Of a stretch of DNA of 64,000 bases, positions 1-12,200 are shown piece by piece. The DNA lies in the NCBI GenBank assembly GCA_950097015.1, contig CATNEN010000038.1, positions 6,138,001 to 6,202,000 on the forward strand, in the 5' to 3' direction. This stretch comes from Macrostomum hystrix. Lineage: Eukaryota > Animalia > Platyhelminthes. The notes under the pieces were generated by a model, which was not told the origin of the DNA, did not search any database, and worked only from the letters and a program-made list of their open reading frames with translations. The position numbers and the translations under genes are program-made. The stretch's first letter is position 1, and each line of letters opens with the position of its first letter.

Positions 1-3000
1 GTCTGCGGAAGTTCGGTAGTACTCAAGCGATTTTGACGCGAAATCTGGCTTTCAATCTCGCTGCCCAGGTTCAGCTTCGGCACTTTGCGATTTGTGTCAC
101 GATCTAGGGCTACTCTGCCGAGTTCTTGACGATGTCTTGGGCTGTTCGGCAAGTGCATATCCTCGCCTTCACGATAAGTATCTACCACAGGCTTCATCAA
201 GGTTCTGCTTTGGTCGCGTCGAGAGAGCCTTGGAGAGCCAGAGAGGGTCGCATCGGAATCATCAAAGTCGTCCGGCAGGTTGGTTTCATCTGTCCGTCGT
301 CCTGAGTCTATCTGACCTGCCCCGCCAAGCTCGCAAGAATTTCCCGCGCCAAGCTGCATTTGAATACGCTCGCCGACTTCAATCGGTGTACGACTTGCAA
401 GTTCTCTTTGAAACAAAACTTTTTCTGGACCACTGCCTCGCGATTCCATAGCAGCAGAGGCCGTGGCGGCTCTATCCCGTGTGCCAGCTTCCAATCTTAC
501 AAAGGGGGACTGTGGATTTTGAAGCAGTGACAGCTCGTGGTGAGCGTCGCTTGCTCCAGTTGAATGTCGCCGCCTACCCCCGCCGCTGAGGAGGCCTTCG
601 GCATCGGATACGTCATCATAGAGCCGAGGACCATCAAAGTAGGCCCCATTAGTATAGCGGACGTTCAGGCCTACCAGCTGCGGCGATGTCTGGGTCTGAA
701 CGTCGCTTGCACTCGCGTCCAGCGCCATGGCTTCTGTGACTGCGACTGAGCCACCAGGGGCATCGCGCGGCCCGCCAGCCGCGCTCTGCGGCTGCTCAGC
801 TGGCGGGCGGTGCGAGTTTAAAGGATCCCAGCGCTGTTGAATGCTCAGAGCTGCGTCGGCACCTGACTTCTTGGCCGACGGATGGCGCTCGTGCAGGCCA
901 TCGTCTGATGAGGCGCCGTTCGAAGAAACCTGCATGTGTTGCTGAGGCACATCTGGCGTGCGGTTCAGCCAGGATGTCTGCGTCTGCGCTACGCTGCTGC
1001 CGTTTTTGCGCAGACGTCGTAAGGCCTCCAGCTCGCTGGCTAGCGACTGGAACCGCCTGTCTAGGTCGTGAACGGCGCGGTGACGGTCGTCCGACTCGGC
1101 GCGCAGCTGACCGGAGAGGTCGCCCTGAAAGCGGCCCCAGTCGGTCAGGAGGTCACGGAGTCGATCTCTGAGGCCTTCGTCCGAGCTGGCCCCGCCAACT
1201 CCAGCGTTCTGTTGCGGCCTCGCTGTCGACAGGGCGTCAACCTGAGCAGACAAGGCGCGGATCACGTCGTCCTTGCTGCGGCTGCGTGTGGTTGGAGAAT
1301 AAAAGTATTTTTGGACTTAAAATGAAAGCAATAGAGTTTTGCACGGGAAATCTCACCTGTCGTCCAACAGTCGCCGCAGAAGATCGTCAACTTCTGGTCG
1401 GCGCTGCTGACTCTCAGCTGCTAGCTGGCGAAGGCGCCCAATCTCCTGTCGCAAGGCCGCAACCTCCGGAGACGTGGCCGATGCGGATCCAGTTGGCGTC
1501 CTTCTGTCCTCAGCAGACATTGTCGGACGCTTACGTTGCGTTGGAGCGTCGAAACCAGCTTCCAGCTGGTCGATGAGCGACTGCTGCCTGCCTAGTAGGT
1601 CACGTGACTCAACCAGGCGGGACTGAACATCCTGCAGATCGCGACTGACACTGGTAGTCGGCACGGCAAAGGCTGCTCCGATTCCCACTGACGCTCCAAA
1701 GTCTGAAAAGACGCATCGATCGGCCTGCATTGGGTGTGCCTGCGTACATGACGATTGTGCTCAGCATTGGCCTTTCACTCACCAGGCAGTCGGTGTCCAG
1801 TCGCGGTGACTCGCCTCAGATCCTCATTCTCCTTGGCCAGCTGTCGATTCTGAAGGCGCAACTCGTCCAGCTGGGTCCGCAGCCGGTTGTCCAGCCCCCT
1901 GTGGCGGCGGCAAGAATGAAAACGTTAGTTAAAATTGCGTTGCTTAAAGCTTAAAGGTGTGAAGAAAACGTTGCCCCCAAAATATTTAAATTTCTACACA
2001 AAATAATGATGTATCGAAAACTATGTATCAGAGACTATGCTCATGCTATTGTGACTAATAAGTTGCGCAATCAGACAACAAATAATAAGAACTCAAAGAT
2101 AACGATAAAATACAATTAAAACGTCGAAAAAACATAACAGAAAAATTACCTTCGAGGTTACCCTAGTAACAAGCTGAAATCGCATGAAGTATTTATGTTA
2201 GTTGTATATACTGTTAGTAGCTTGCAGCAACAGGTTAAATAATCCAATCCAGCATTGAGCACCGACTCACTCTTCGTCGCTGTCACCGAGGCCATCTCCG
2301 AATTCCTTGGCTTGTTGCCGCGGACGCCTCTTCAGGTCCTCGTTCTCGCTGATGAGCCGGCGGTTCTCCTCCTCGATGGCCCGGTTCTCGCCGGCGACGG
2401 TCTCTTGGAAGGTGGCCAGGGCACGGCGCAGAGCGGCCAGCTCGCCAAGCAGGCCGTCATGCGCGTCCTGCAAGCAGTTTCGCTCTTCGTCCAGGCCGGC
2501 GCAGCGAGTCCGTAGCTGCTTGGCGTCCTGACGGGCTAGGAGAAGCTCCTGACGAAGATCGTCGACCATGACTTCGGCTGGGCTACGTGCATCTGAGCGC
2601 TCGATGCCCAGCAAGGAGGCCTTGATGCGGTCGCGCTCGGCGACTGCAGCGGTCATCTCCGCGGCCAGCTGGTCGCGCTCGCGACGCACAGACTGGCACT
2701 GGGAACGAAGGCTGGCCGTCTCCTGCGGGACGCGCGGTTGATGGGGCAAGCAACAGGTGGTGGATCATGTCTAACAGGAGATTGATCATGTCCAACAGGT
2801 GACGGTTTATGTCTAACACGCGATACAAATAGATAATCAGACAAATGACCTATGACCTGTCATCTACCCACCTCTTGCTGTCGGGTCATGTGGCCAATCA
2901 GCTCCTGGCACTCCTTCCGCAGCACACCGTTGAGACTCTTCAGCTGGGCGGATTCCTCTCTGGTCGCATCGGCTTCGGATTTTTGCTGGGCAGCCTCCTT

Positions 3001-6000
3001 CAGATTTGTATGTTTCGGCATTTGAAAGGAAAAGTTATCCAAGCGGATAATCTTAGCGCAAAGCCATTGTTAGGTGAAGTTTGTACTCACGCTTCTAGCC
3101 TTGTCCAGTTCGGCCTGCTTGGCGCTCAGCTGATCGTCCCTGTCCTTCAAGGCCTTCGTCAGCGAGTCCATCTGCCGCCTGAACTCCTCCGTCTGGCGTT
3201 TTGCCAGCTGAAGCTCCTGTCAAGGTTTGGAGTAGAGTGCGATGCTGTTGTTGTTGTTGTTGTTGTTGTTGTCGCATTTGTTGTCACTGTTTTTTTTGTT
3301 ATTGTTGTTGTTATTGTTGTGACTTACACGTAAATTTAAGTGAGGCTTAAATAATGGTTGGTTGTTGGTGCGATTAGAAATCCTTGCGGCGGTCCGAGAG
3401 CCAGCGGGTCAAGAATATATAGCCAGAAGTCTCGTAACCAATTTTATTGATTTTATTATAGCGAGATAACAATGGGGGAGCTGAGCGTACATTGTGGAGA
3501 GAAAGATAAGAGACGAGCGATCGAGAGGGGTGGCGAACACGGGGGGGTTGAGGCGTACATTAGAGAAAAGGTGGGCAGGCAGCGAAGATACGAGTAATGC
3601 ATGAGGGGGTCCAGTGCAGGCGCACTTCATGATAATTTAGCGACACTCCCCGAAAAAAAACGAATAGATGACAGGTGACAGGTAATTGATTAGTTACTCG
3701 TAAGTCGCGCGAATGAAAGAAAGGCAATAACTTTAACAGTATATCATCCTCCCCCGAAAAAATACCAAAATTGACGATAATGAATTGGAAACGAATAAAT
3801 TAATGACAATAAATTTTCAAGCAAAAACTTTCGAAACCGCATCGACATTGAACATTCTTAGAGTGCAAACGTTTAGATGATGAAAAAAAATATCTTATGT
3901 AGTGAATTTTGAAATTACGCTCGACTTTTATAATTGAGATAACGAAAAAAAAAAACTGAGGTGAGATCACTCAGAGAACTCCAGGGGAACCAAGGCCTGA
4001 ACCGGGCGTCTAATGCGCTCTGCCCCTCGGGAATCGGCAATCCGTGCAAGGCGAACCAATGCCGATCGACACACACCATCGCGACCACGAGACAACGACT
4101 CAACGACACCTAGCTTCCACTTCAGCCGAGACTGGTGACGCTCACCTTCTACAAGCACCACTTCGCCGATCACCGGTTCACGAGAACCTTTGCAGACGAT
4201 TGCAGATCTCTCTCTTAACGCTGTAGCGTAGACGTCTCTCCAGACTTTCCAGAAGTGAGTCAGAGCCGCGCGATGCAAGCTTAAACGTTTAGGGAGTGGC
4301 AGTACGACTTCATTCGGTGAATCAGGTTCTTTTGTGAGTCTTCGAAGAGTCAGAAAATGCGACGGAGTAATTATTTCATCAATGTCGTCTGATGGGACAT
4401 ACAGCAGAGGACGGCTGTTAATGATCGCTTCGACTTCAATGATCACAGTTGACAGCTGGTCCAACGTTAGCAGTAAGCGATTTAGTGTTTTTCGAAGCGC
4501 GAGCTTGACGGATTTGACCAAGCGCTCCCAGAAGCCACCCCACCAAGGAGCTTTGGCAGGGATGAAGGACCAAGATATGCCTCTGGAGTTGCAGAAGTTT
4601 TGTATCTCGTCGTTGACACGGATGTCGAGGAGCTTAGCTGCGGATGTGAAAGTTCGCGCGTTGTCACTGATTATCGAAGGGAGACCTCTCCTGGCAACGA
4701 AGCGGCGCAGACCGTTGATAAACTGAGGCGTCGTCATGTCAGAGAGAGTCTCTAAATGTATGGCTCGGGTTGAGGAGCAGGTGAACAACAGGATGTATGC
4801 CTTCAGTCCTTCTTGAGCATCGTGGTAGAGAGTAGTAGCAGCCTTTACAGTGTCGCAGCTTGTTACGAGATTATCGACGTACATGTCGCGAGAGAGAATT
4901 TCAGCGCTTTTGACGAAGGCGGCTTGGTGATTCTTGAGATGTTGAAGGATGGTGACCTTCAAAAGAGCTGGCGAGCAGGTCAATCCGAATGGGACTCTGT
5001 AGAAACGGTAGTGAATCAGCTGATTGTGATTTGGTTCCGAATCCCTTGACTGGACCCACAGGAAGCGCAAGAAGTCGCGATCTTCAAGTTCGATTCCGAC
5101 TTGCAGAAAAGCCTTCTCGATATCGGCTAGGATTGCAATCGGATGCCACCGGAATCGGATTAATAGAGCTGGAATTTGGGGGAACTCTGTTGGTCCCACT
5201 TGCAGAAGATCGTTGATGGACAGATCATCTTTGTGCAGCTTGGTGGATCCATCGTAGACAACTCTGAGTTTTGTGAATTCACTGTTCGACTTCACGACGT
5301 AAGAATGCGGCAGGTAATGGACCGAAGTCAATGGTTTGCATAAGTCGTCAGACGGAACTCTCTCAATGATGCCGGCCTGTTCCTGCTCTTCAATGATGTC
5401 CCTGTACTTCTTCAGGAGCTCAGGAAACTTATTCAAACGTTGCATTGTTGAACGAAGGCGACGGAAGGCGAGATCGAAGTGATTATCGAGAGAACGAGTG
5501 ACTTCTAGCTGCTTCCAAGGTAGCTTAACGGAATACCTAGATTCGAATAGTCGAGGAGCGCAATCAAACGAGCTTTCTTCTGGCTTTGTGTGTGGATCCG
5601 TGATTCCTAGAGTTTCTAGCTTCCAGAAGCTTGTTAGGTCATCTTCCGTTTCCACTCGGACTGAGCAGCATAATGTTTGAACTGCTGTGCAAGCAGCGTT
5701 GTCTGATTGATCATATTCTTTAGTCAGGCAGTCGACAGTCAGTGGTCCACACAAAACGAAGCCGAGTTTCGTTTCCATAGCTACTGGACCGGAGGCACCA
5801 CGGACTACATTGCCTGTGACGATTTGATAATATTGATCGGATCCGACGAGGATGGAAATTGGCGTTGTAGCGTCACGTGGATCATAGGGGTCAGCAAGAT
5901 CTAAGCCACCGAGATGTTCGTAACTGGTAACCATGACCGAACGTTGTGGTTGGCATATATCTTTGACGATGCTGGCGTCGAGTCGGATTACTTGGGGTGA

Positions 6001-8672
6001 GTCAATTTTTCGAAGAGTCAGCGTGACTTTGCCCGAGTCGACCACTGAGGTGTGGCCTGAGAAGGCTGATATCTGAAGTCGTTCGGAGTTCGTCGACTGG
6101 AGGCCGAGAAGCTGGCAAACATCTTCGCGGATATAGGTTCGATTGCTACCAGTATCGAGCAACATGCGTACCATCAACTCGCGTTCACCTCCGGAGCTTA
6201 GCAGAATGGCCTTTGCGACAGGCAATACGACAGTTGGATTGCGCATAATGAACATTGGAAGAACTGCCTGTTGCTGCTGATTAGTCAGATTGGAGTCAGT
6301 TCGAGTTAGACACGTAGTACTGTGAGTTGTTTCATCTGCGATGTTTGTGATGTTTGGGTGGTCCTTGTGATGATCATCCTGTGAAGAAGGCTGAGAAGAG
6401 ACAGTCAAACATCGGTCCTTTCGTGAGAGAACTTGAGGCGGATTCTTAGACTTTGTGATTGGACCGACCTTTGTGTTCGACTGATCAGTGGTAGCTGTAC
6501 AAATGCTAGAGTGATGATTGCCAGAGCAGATTCGGCAGCAGCGGCGATCGCTACATGCCTTTGATAAGTGTCCGGTTCGAAGACACTTGAAGCAACGATC
6601 GGTTTTCTTTAAGAAGTTCGTTCTAGAAGTTACAGAGGCCATTGTTGGGCATTTTTCAGAAATATGGGCGGAACCACAGTACGTACAGAACACTTTTACG
6701 GAGGCCGCTGGTCGAAAATCTGTCTGTATTTGACGGGAAGGTAAGGCTGTGGTCTTGTCTGAGACCAGAGTAGATGCAGAAGCGAGCTTAGGAATCGTTG
6801 AGGCGTTTGCTCCCTTTTCGAAGTCTCGAGGGCGGAGCTTCTGCGATGCAGTCATACCAGCAGCTTCTCGAAGGTTAATCTCGTTTTGTAGGCACTCTAG
6901 TAGAGCCTCAATGGAGTCAATCTCATTGCCCGCCAAGTTGGCTGAGCGGTGCAGTTCGAGTCGAAGTTCAGCTGGGCAGCGACGCAGCAGGGATGGAAGC
7001 AGCAGAGCCTCATACGACGATGAAGAGACACCTTGGTTACTAAGATTTTGAGTGATCGCAGCTACATCATCGTGAAAGCGCTGCAACCCAATCAATGTGG
7101 TGTCAACAAGTTGAAGGTCGGACAATTGGGTCATTAGGTCACGAATAATAATCTCGGGCTTGCCATAGCGATCCTTAAGAGTACTTACTGCGGCACGATA
7201 ATTTGACGAAGTAACGGAGAATCCTCGGATGCAAGAGCGAGCTGAATCCGAAAGACAGTCTAGCAGGTAATTGAATTTATCTATGTCAGACAGTGAGTTA
7301 TTCGAATCGATCGAGGATGAAAACTGATCCCAGAATGTTTGCCAGGTTGCGACAGTACCATGAAAGGTAGGGATCTGACGCTTCGGCAGCCGGATGTTGG
7401 GCTCAGTTGACTTCTGTCCTAGAGCTGGACTGGTCCGCGTATCGAGTTGATATTTCGAGGAAAACCCTTCTAATAATTTGATTGTCTGCCGACATTTGAG
7501 AGAGTATTCTTGAATTGAATCCTGCTCTTCATCCAACGTCTCGTCTGGAATTCCAAATTCTAACTCCTCATCCATCTTTTCCAGCTGATTCATCTTGGCC
7601 TTTAAAATCTCCAACAGTGAGTCCGCTTCAGCTAATGTCTTAGCCGTCGATTTTCCACTCTTATCTAGAAGAGCTTCTGCCTTGCCGATTGCCTTCGTAA
7701 TACTCGAACGAACAACAGCCCTTCGCCGAACTAGCTCAGAAATCTCCTCCTTGGACAACGACATGATGAAGCAACTCAAACGAGCTCGACCCTAGATGAC
7801 CGATAAACGAAGGACAGAGCGCAGTCAACACCCGGGATAAGCCAAGACCCTAGAGAAAATAGTCAACCAAAAAAGGGAGGAAGATGGTCCAATGGTACAA
7901 TGAGCAAAAAAAACAAGAGTTGCTTTGGAATTGTACAGGAACTGAAAAAAATCGTACGGATAAGTCGGACAAGCTCACTACACAATCGACAGTCTGATGA
8001 TGTAGTCCGGGAAGTACTGAAGTGTCCTGAGACCAGGAGCGAAACCGCCACGATAAGACCGCGAGAGACTGACGAAATCGCGGCGAGACAGGCGAGGCGA
8101 GACCGCGACGAGACAGAGCCGAGATGACGAGACCGCGACGAGACAACCGAGATGACGAGACCGCGACGAGACAACCGAGATGACGAGACCGCGAAGAGAC
8201 AACCGAGATGACGAGACCGCGAAGAGACAGAAGAAAACAACGACTAGACAGAGCCGAGACAACGAGACCGCGACGAGACGAGAAACAGCGTTTTAATTTA
8301 GATCGGGCCCCACATTGGGCGCCATGTTGTGACTTACACGTAAATTTAAGTGAGGCTTAAATAATGGTTGGTTGTTGGTGCGATTAGAAATCCTTGCGGC
8401 GGTCCGAGAGCCAGCGGGTCAAGAATATATAGCCAGAAGTCTCGTAACCAATTTTATTGATTTTATTATAGCGAGATAACAATGGGGGAGCTGAGCGTAC
8501 ATTGTGGAGAGAAAGATAAGAGACGAGCGATCGAGAGGGGTGGCGAACACGGGGGGGTTGAGGCGTACATTAGAGAAAAGGTGGGCAGGCAGCGAAGATA
8601 CGAGTAATGCATGAGGGGGTCCAGTGCAGGCGCACTTCATGATAATTTAGCGACAGTTATTTTCGTTGTTAT

Positions 8673-8743
<71 letters not shown>

Positions 8744-9194
8744 ATTGTTGTTGTTGTTATTGCTGTTGTTGTTTTTGTTGCCCCTAAATTTTTGTCGATA
8801 TGCAGCTAAAATTCTGAACTGGACCAACCGTTCCATTTCGTTATATACTACTATAGCAGCCCAGCCAAAATCCGGAGCTCACGGTGCCCAGCTGACGATT
8901 CTGAAGGTCTCGCTGGGCCACGGTGTCAGCCAGATGATCAGCCTGATCCTGAGCGTCGGCGAGGTCCCGCTCTAGACCCTTGGCCAGCGGGGCGAGCTGG
9001 TCCAGCTTCTTCGTCTGGTTGTTTAGGCTGAGAAAGTTCAATTAAAATATGTTTGCGCACTACTTAGAAGTAGCGAGTATCGGAGAAATTCTACTTTTAT
9101 TAAGAAATTCTCGCGATTGCTTACGAGTCGTTCAGCTCTTTGATCTCCAGGCGAAGTCTCTCGTTTTCATTTTTCAACGGTTCAACCGGCGGCA

Positions 9195-9227
<33 letters not shown>

Positions 9228-12200
9228 GCGCAGGTGCTGGTGTCATTGACGGGCTGATATAGTTTGAGTAGTATGGGGTCCGCTGAGGGAAAGTAGAGTG
9301 TTCGGGGGTTCGAACATTGACTTTACATATTTTCTTACTTGCGACATGCCCCACTGTTTTTATTAACAATTAATTATTAACTATGGCTGAGAAGCCTAAA
9401 TAAAAAAAACTAAAGAACGACACAAAATCCCAACTTAATAGCTGCACTTAGGCTACACTAGGCTATGTTAAGGCTATGTAAGGCTACGCTAAGGCTACGC
9501 TAAGGCTACGCTAAGGCTACGCTAAGGCTACGCTAAGGCTACGCTAAGGCTACGCTAAGGCTACGCTAAGGCTACGCTAAGGCTACGCTAAGGCTACGCT
9601 AAGGCTACGCTAAGGCTACGCTAAGGCTACGCTAAGGCTACGCTAAGGCTACGCTAAGGCTACGCTAAGGCTACGCTAAGGCTACGCTAAGGCTACGCTA
9701 AGGCTACGCTAAGGCTACGCTAAGGCTACGCTAAGGCTACGCTAAGGCTACACTAAGTCTATGCAAAGGCTACATTAAGTTTATGCAAAGGCTACGCTAA
9801 GGCTACACGACTAAGTTATTCAAAGGCGGCAATGGATTTACCTGTGGCGCCACGTCACAGTAATCCCAAGCGGAAGCTTTTGGCGATTGGCGTCGCTGCT
9901 TCATCATCGGAGTCGGAGAAGGCGAACGCGAAGGTCGATACCGCAGCTTCTCATTGGCTGCCCCGGCCTCCGCAGCCTCCTTTTCGTCCAGGTATTCGTC
10001 AATGTCGTTGGCAATGGAGGCCAGCTCTTGGCGAGATTCGCGGAGGCTGTTGACGGTGAAGCTGTGTGAGGCGTGAATGGCTGATTATGCAACCGAGCTT
10101 GCTCTCGCACAAATCCTTTCATAATAATCGGAGCTTGAAACCAGGCACTTCCTGTTTAGCTAGAAGCAGTTATTTTAGACAAGAATAGAAAACTTAACGT
10201 GTTTAAATTAGAATCTCAAGTTGCTTTTGCACGCAGTAAACTTACTTTGACTTCGCAGATGGGTCTAATTACATTATCAATTGTTTATAGCAGTTTAAGA
10301 ACAGGCGAAATGAAGATTTTTTCAGGTAAAGTAACTTTTGTTAAAGAATAATATTAGTTAATCTCCTTGTTAAAAAAACCGTGCTCCGGGGGTGGAGATC
10401 AGAGATAAGAGAGAAGGATTGAAGGAGAGGGATGCGGGCACATCTGGAAGAACTCGGAATATTTTTCGTAGGGGCAGAGAACAAAATAAAAGACAGAAAT
10501 AAGAAGAGATAAGAGGATAGAAAAGAGAGAGAGAACAGAGAGAACAGAGAGAAGAGAGAGAACAGAGAGAAGAGAGAGAAGAGAGAGAACAGAGAGAAGC
10601 GAGATGAGAGAGATAAGAGAGAAAAGAGAGAGAAGAGAGAAGAGAGAGAGAACAGAGAGAACAGAGAGAACAGAGAGAAGCGAGATGAGAGAGATAAGAG
10701 AGATAAGGGAGAGAAGAGAGAGAAGAAAGAGAGAGGCGAGAGAACAGAGAGAAGCGAGATGAGAGAGAAGAGAGAGAAGAGAGAGAAGAGAGAGAAGCGA
10801 GAGAACAGAGAGAAGCGAGATGAGAGAGAAGAGAGAGAAGAGAGAGAAGAGAGAGAAGCGAGAGAACAGAGAGAAGCGAGATGAGAGAGAAGAGAGAGAA
10901 GAGAGAGAAGAGAGAGAAGAGAGAGAAGGGAGAGAAGAGAGAGAAGAGAGAGAAGGGAGAGAAGAGAGAGAAGAGAGAGAAGAGAGAGAAGAGAGAGAAG
11001 AGAGAGAAGAGAGAGAAGAGAGAGAAGAGAGAGAAGAGAGAGAAGGGAGAGAAGAGAGAGAAGGGAGAGAAGAGAGAGAAGAGAGAGAAGAGAGAGAAGA
11101 GAGAGAAGAGAGAGAAGAGAGAGAAGAGAGAGAAGAGAGAGAAGAGAGAGAAGAGAGAGAAGAGAGAGAAGAGAGAGAAGGGAGAGAAGAGAGAGAAGAG
11201 AGAGAAGAGAGAGAAGGGAGAGAAGAGAGAGAAGAGAGAGAAGAGAGAGAAGAGAGAGAAGAGAGAGAAGAGAGAGAAGGGAGAGAAGAGAGAGAAGAGA
11301 GAGAAGAGAGAGAAGGGAGAGAAGAGAGAGAAGAGAGAGAAGAGAGAGAAGAGAGAGAAGAGAGAGAAGAGAGAGAAGAGAGAGAAGAGAGAGAAGAGAG
11401 AGAAGAGAGAGAAGGGAGAGAAGAGACAGAGAAGAGAGAGAAGAGACAGAGAAGAGAGAAGAGACAGAGAAGAAATAGATAAGAGAGAGGGAAGAGAGAG
11501 AGAAGAGAGAGAAGAGAGAGAAGATAAAGAATTGAGAGAGTGACGAGAGAAGAGAGAGAGAGAATGTCAAACTAAAGCAGGCGAGAGTTGTGTGTTACAA
11601 GCGCAGTTCAGGTCGCAGTTGATGCAGCTATAGCTTTCTGAAGCGAATTCTCTCCAACCCCGCCCTATGCTACTAAAAATATGACAGCACTACGAGGTCC
11701 ATGGCGAGTGAATGCTGAGCTGTGAGCATAGGTGTAGCTGCTTCTCTTGCATGCGCATTCTCAAACTATTCAGATGCCTGAAATTCCTGCTCGCCAGTCC
11801 TCCTGTGTACTCACCGCCAAGGACTCAAGCCACTCTCTCTATAGTTGAAGAAGAATAGGTTGCAGTTGTGATCAGACAAGAGACACACCAGTTTCCTCAC
11901 GCATTGCACACACACAAATTAGATGAGACTGGCATTGCCAAAGAAGCAGTCTGTAGATAGCCCGGAAAAAATTTACTCGTAAATATGCGGCTGAGCAAAA
12001 ACACATAATTTTCTTCTCTTAATAAGGCGTACGCGGCATAATAAACACACGAAGTGCAGTGCCCTGCGCTGCTCAGCTAAAACGTTGCCGCTCTGACACA
12101 GTTTTTTTGGGCACTGTTGCTGAACATAGAACTCTTTAAAAATAATTTAATTTAGACACTCCTTGTCACGAAAAGCATATAAAATATGTAGCATTTGGTC

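Larger units (their letters stand above)
3315..8655 (-). mobile_element. BEL/Pao LTR retrotransposon, internally deleted, recent insertion
   Basis: Two 331-bp LTRs (3315-3645, 8325-8655), TG..CA ends, identical by eye; 5-bp TSD GTTAT (3310-3314, 8656-8660); PBS and short PPT on minus strand; BEL-type polyprotein ORF. Confidence 0.95.

Noticed and set aside
3409-3630. Identical 73-aa ORFs at 3409-3630 and 8419-8640
   Set aside because: Both lie within the LTRs; duplication explains the identity and there is no protein motif.
10341-11570. Long SLL/ERE/REK ORFs
   Set aside because: Translations of a 9-bp GA satellite in an intron.
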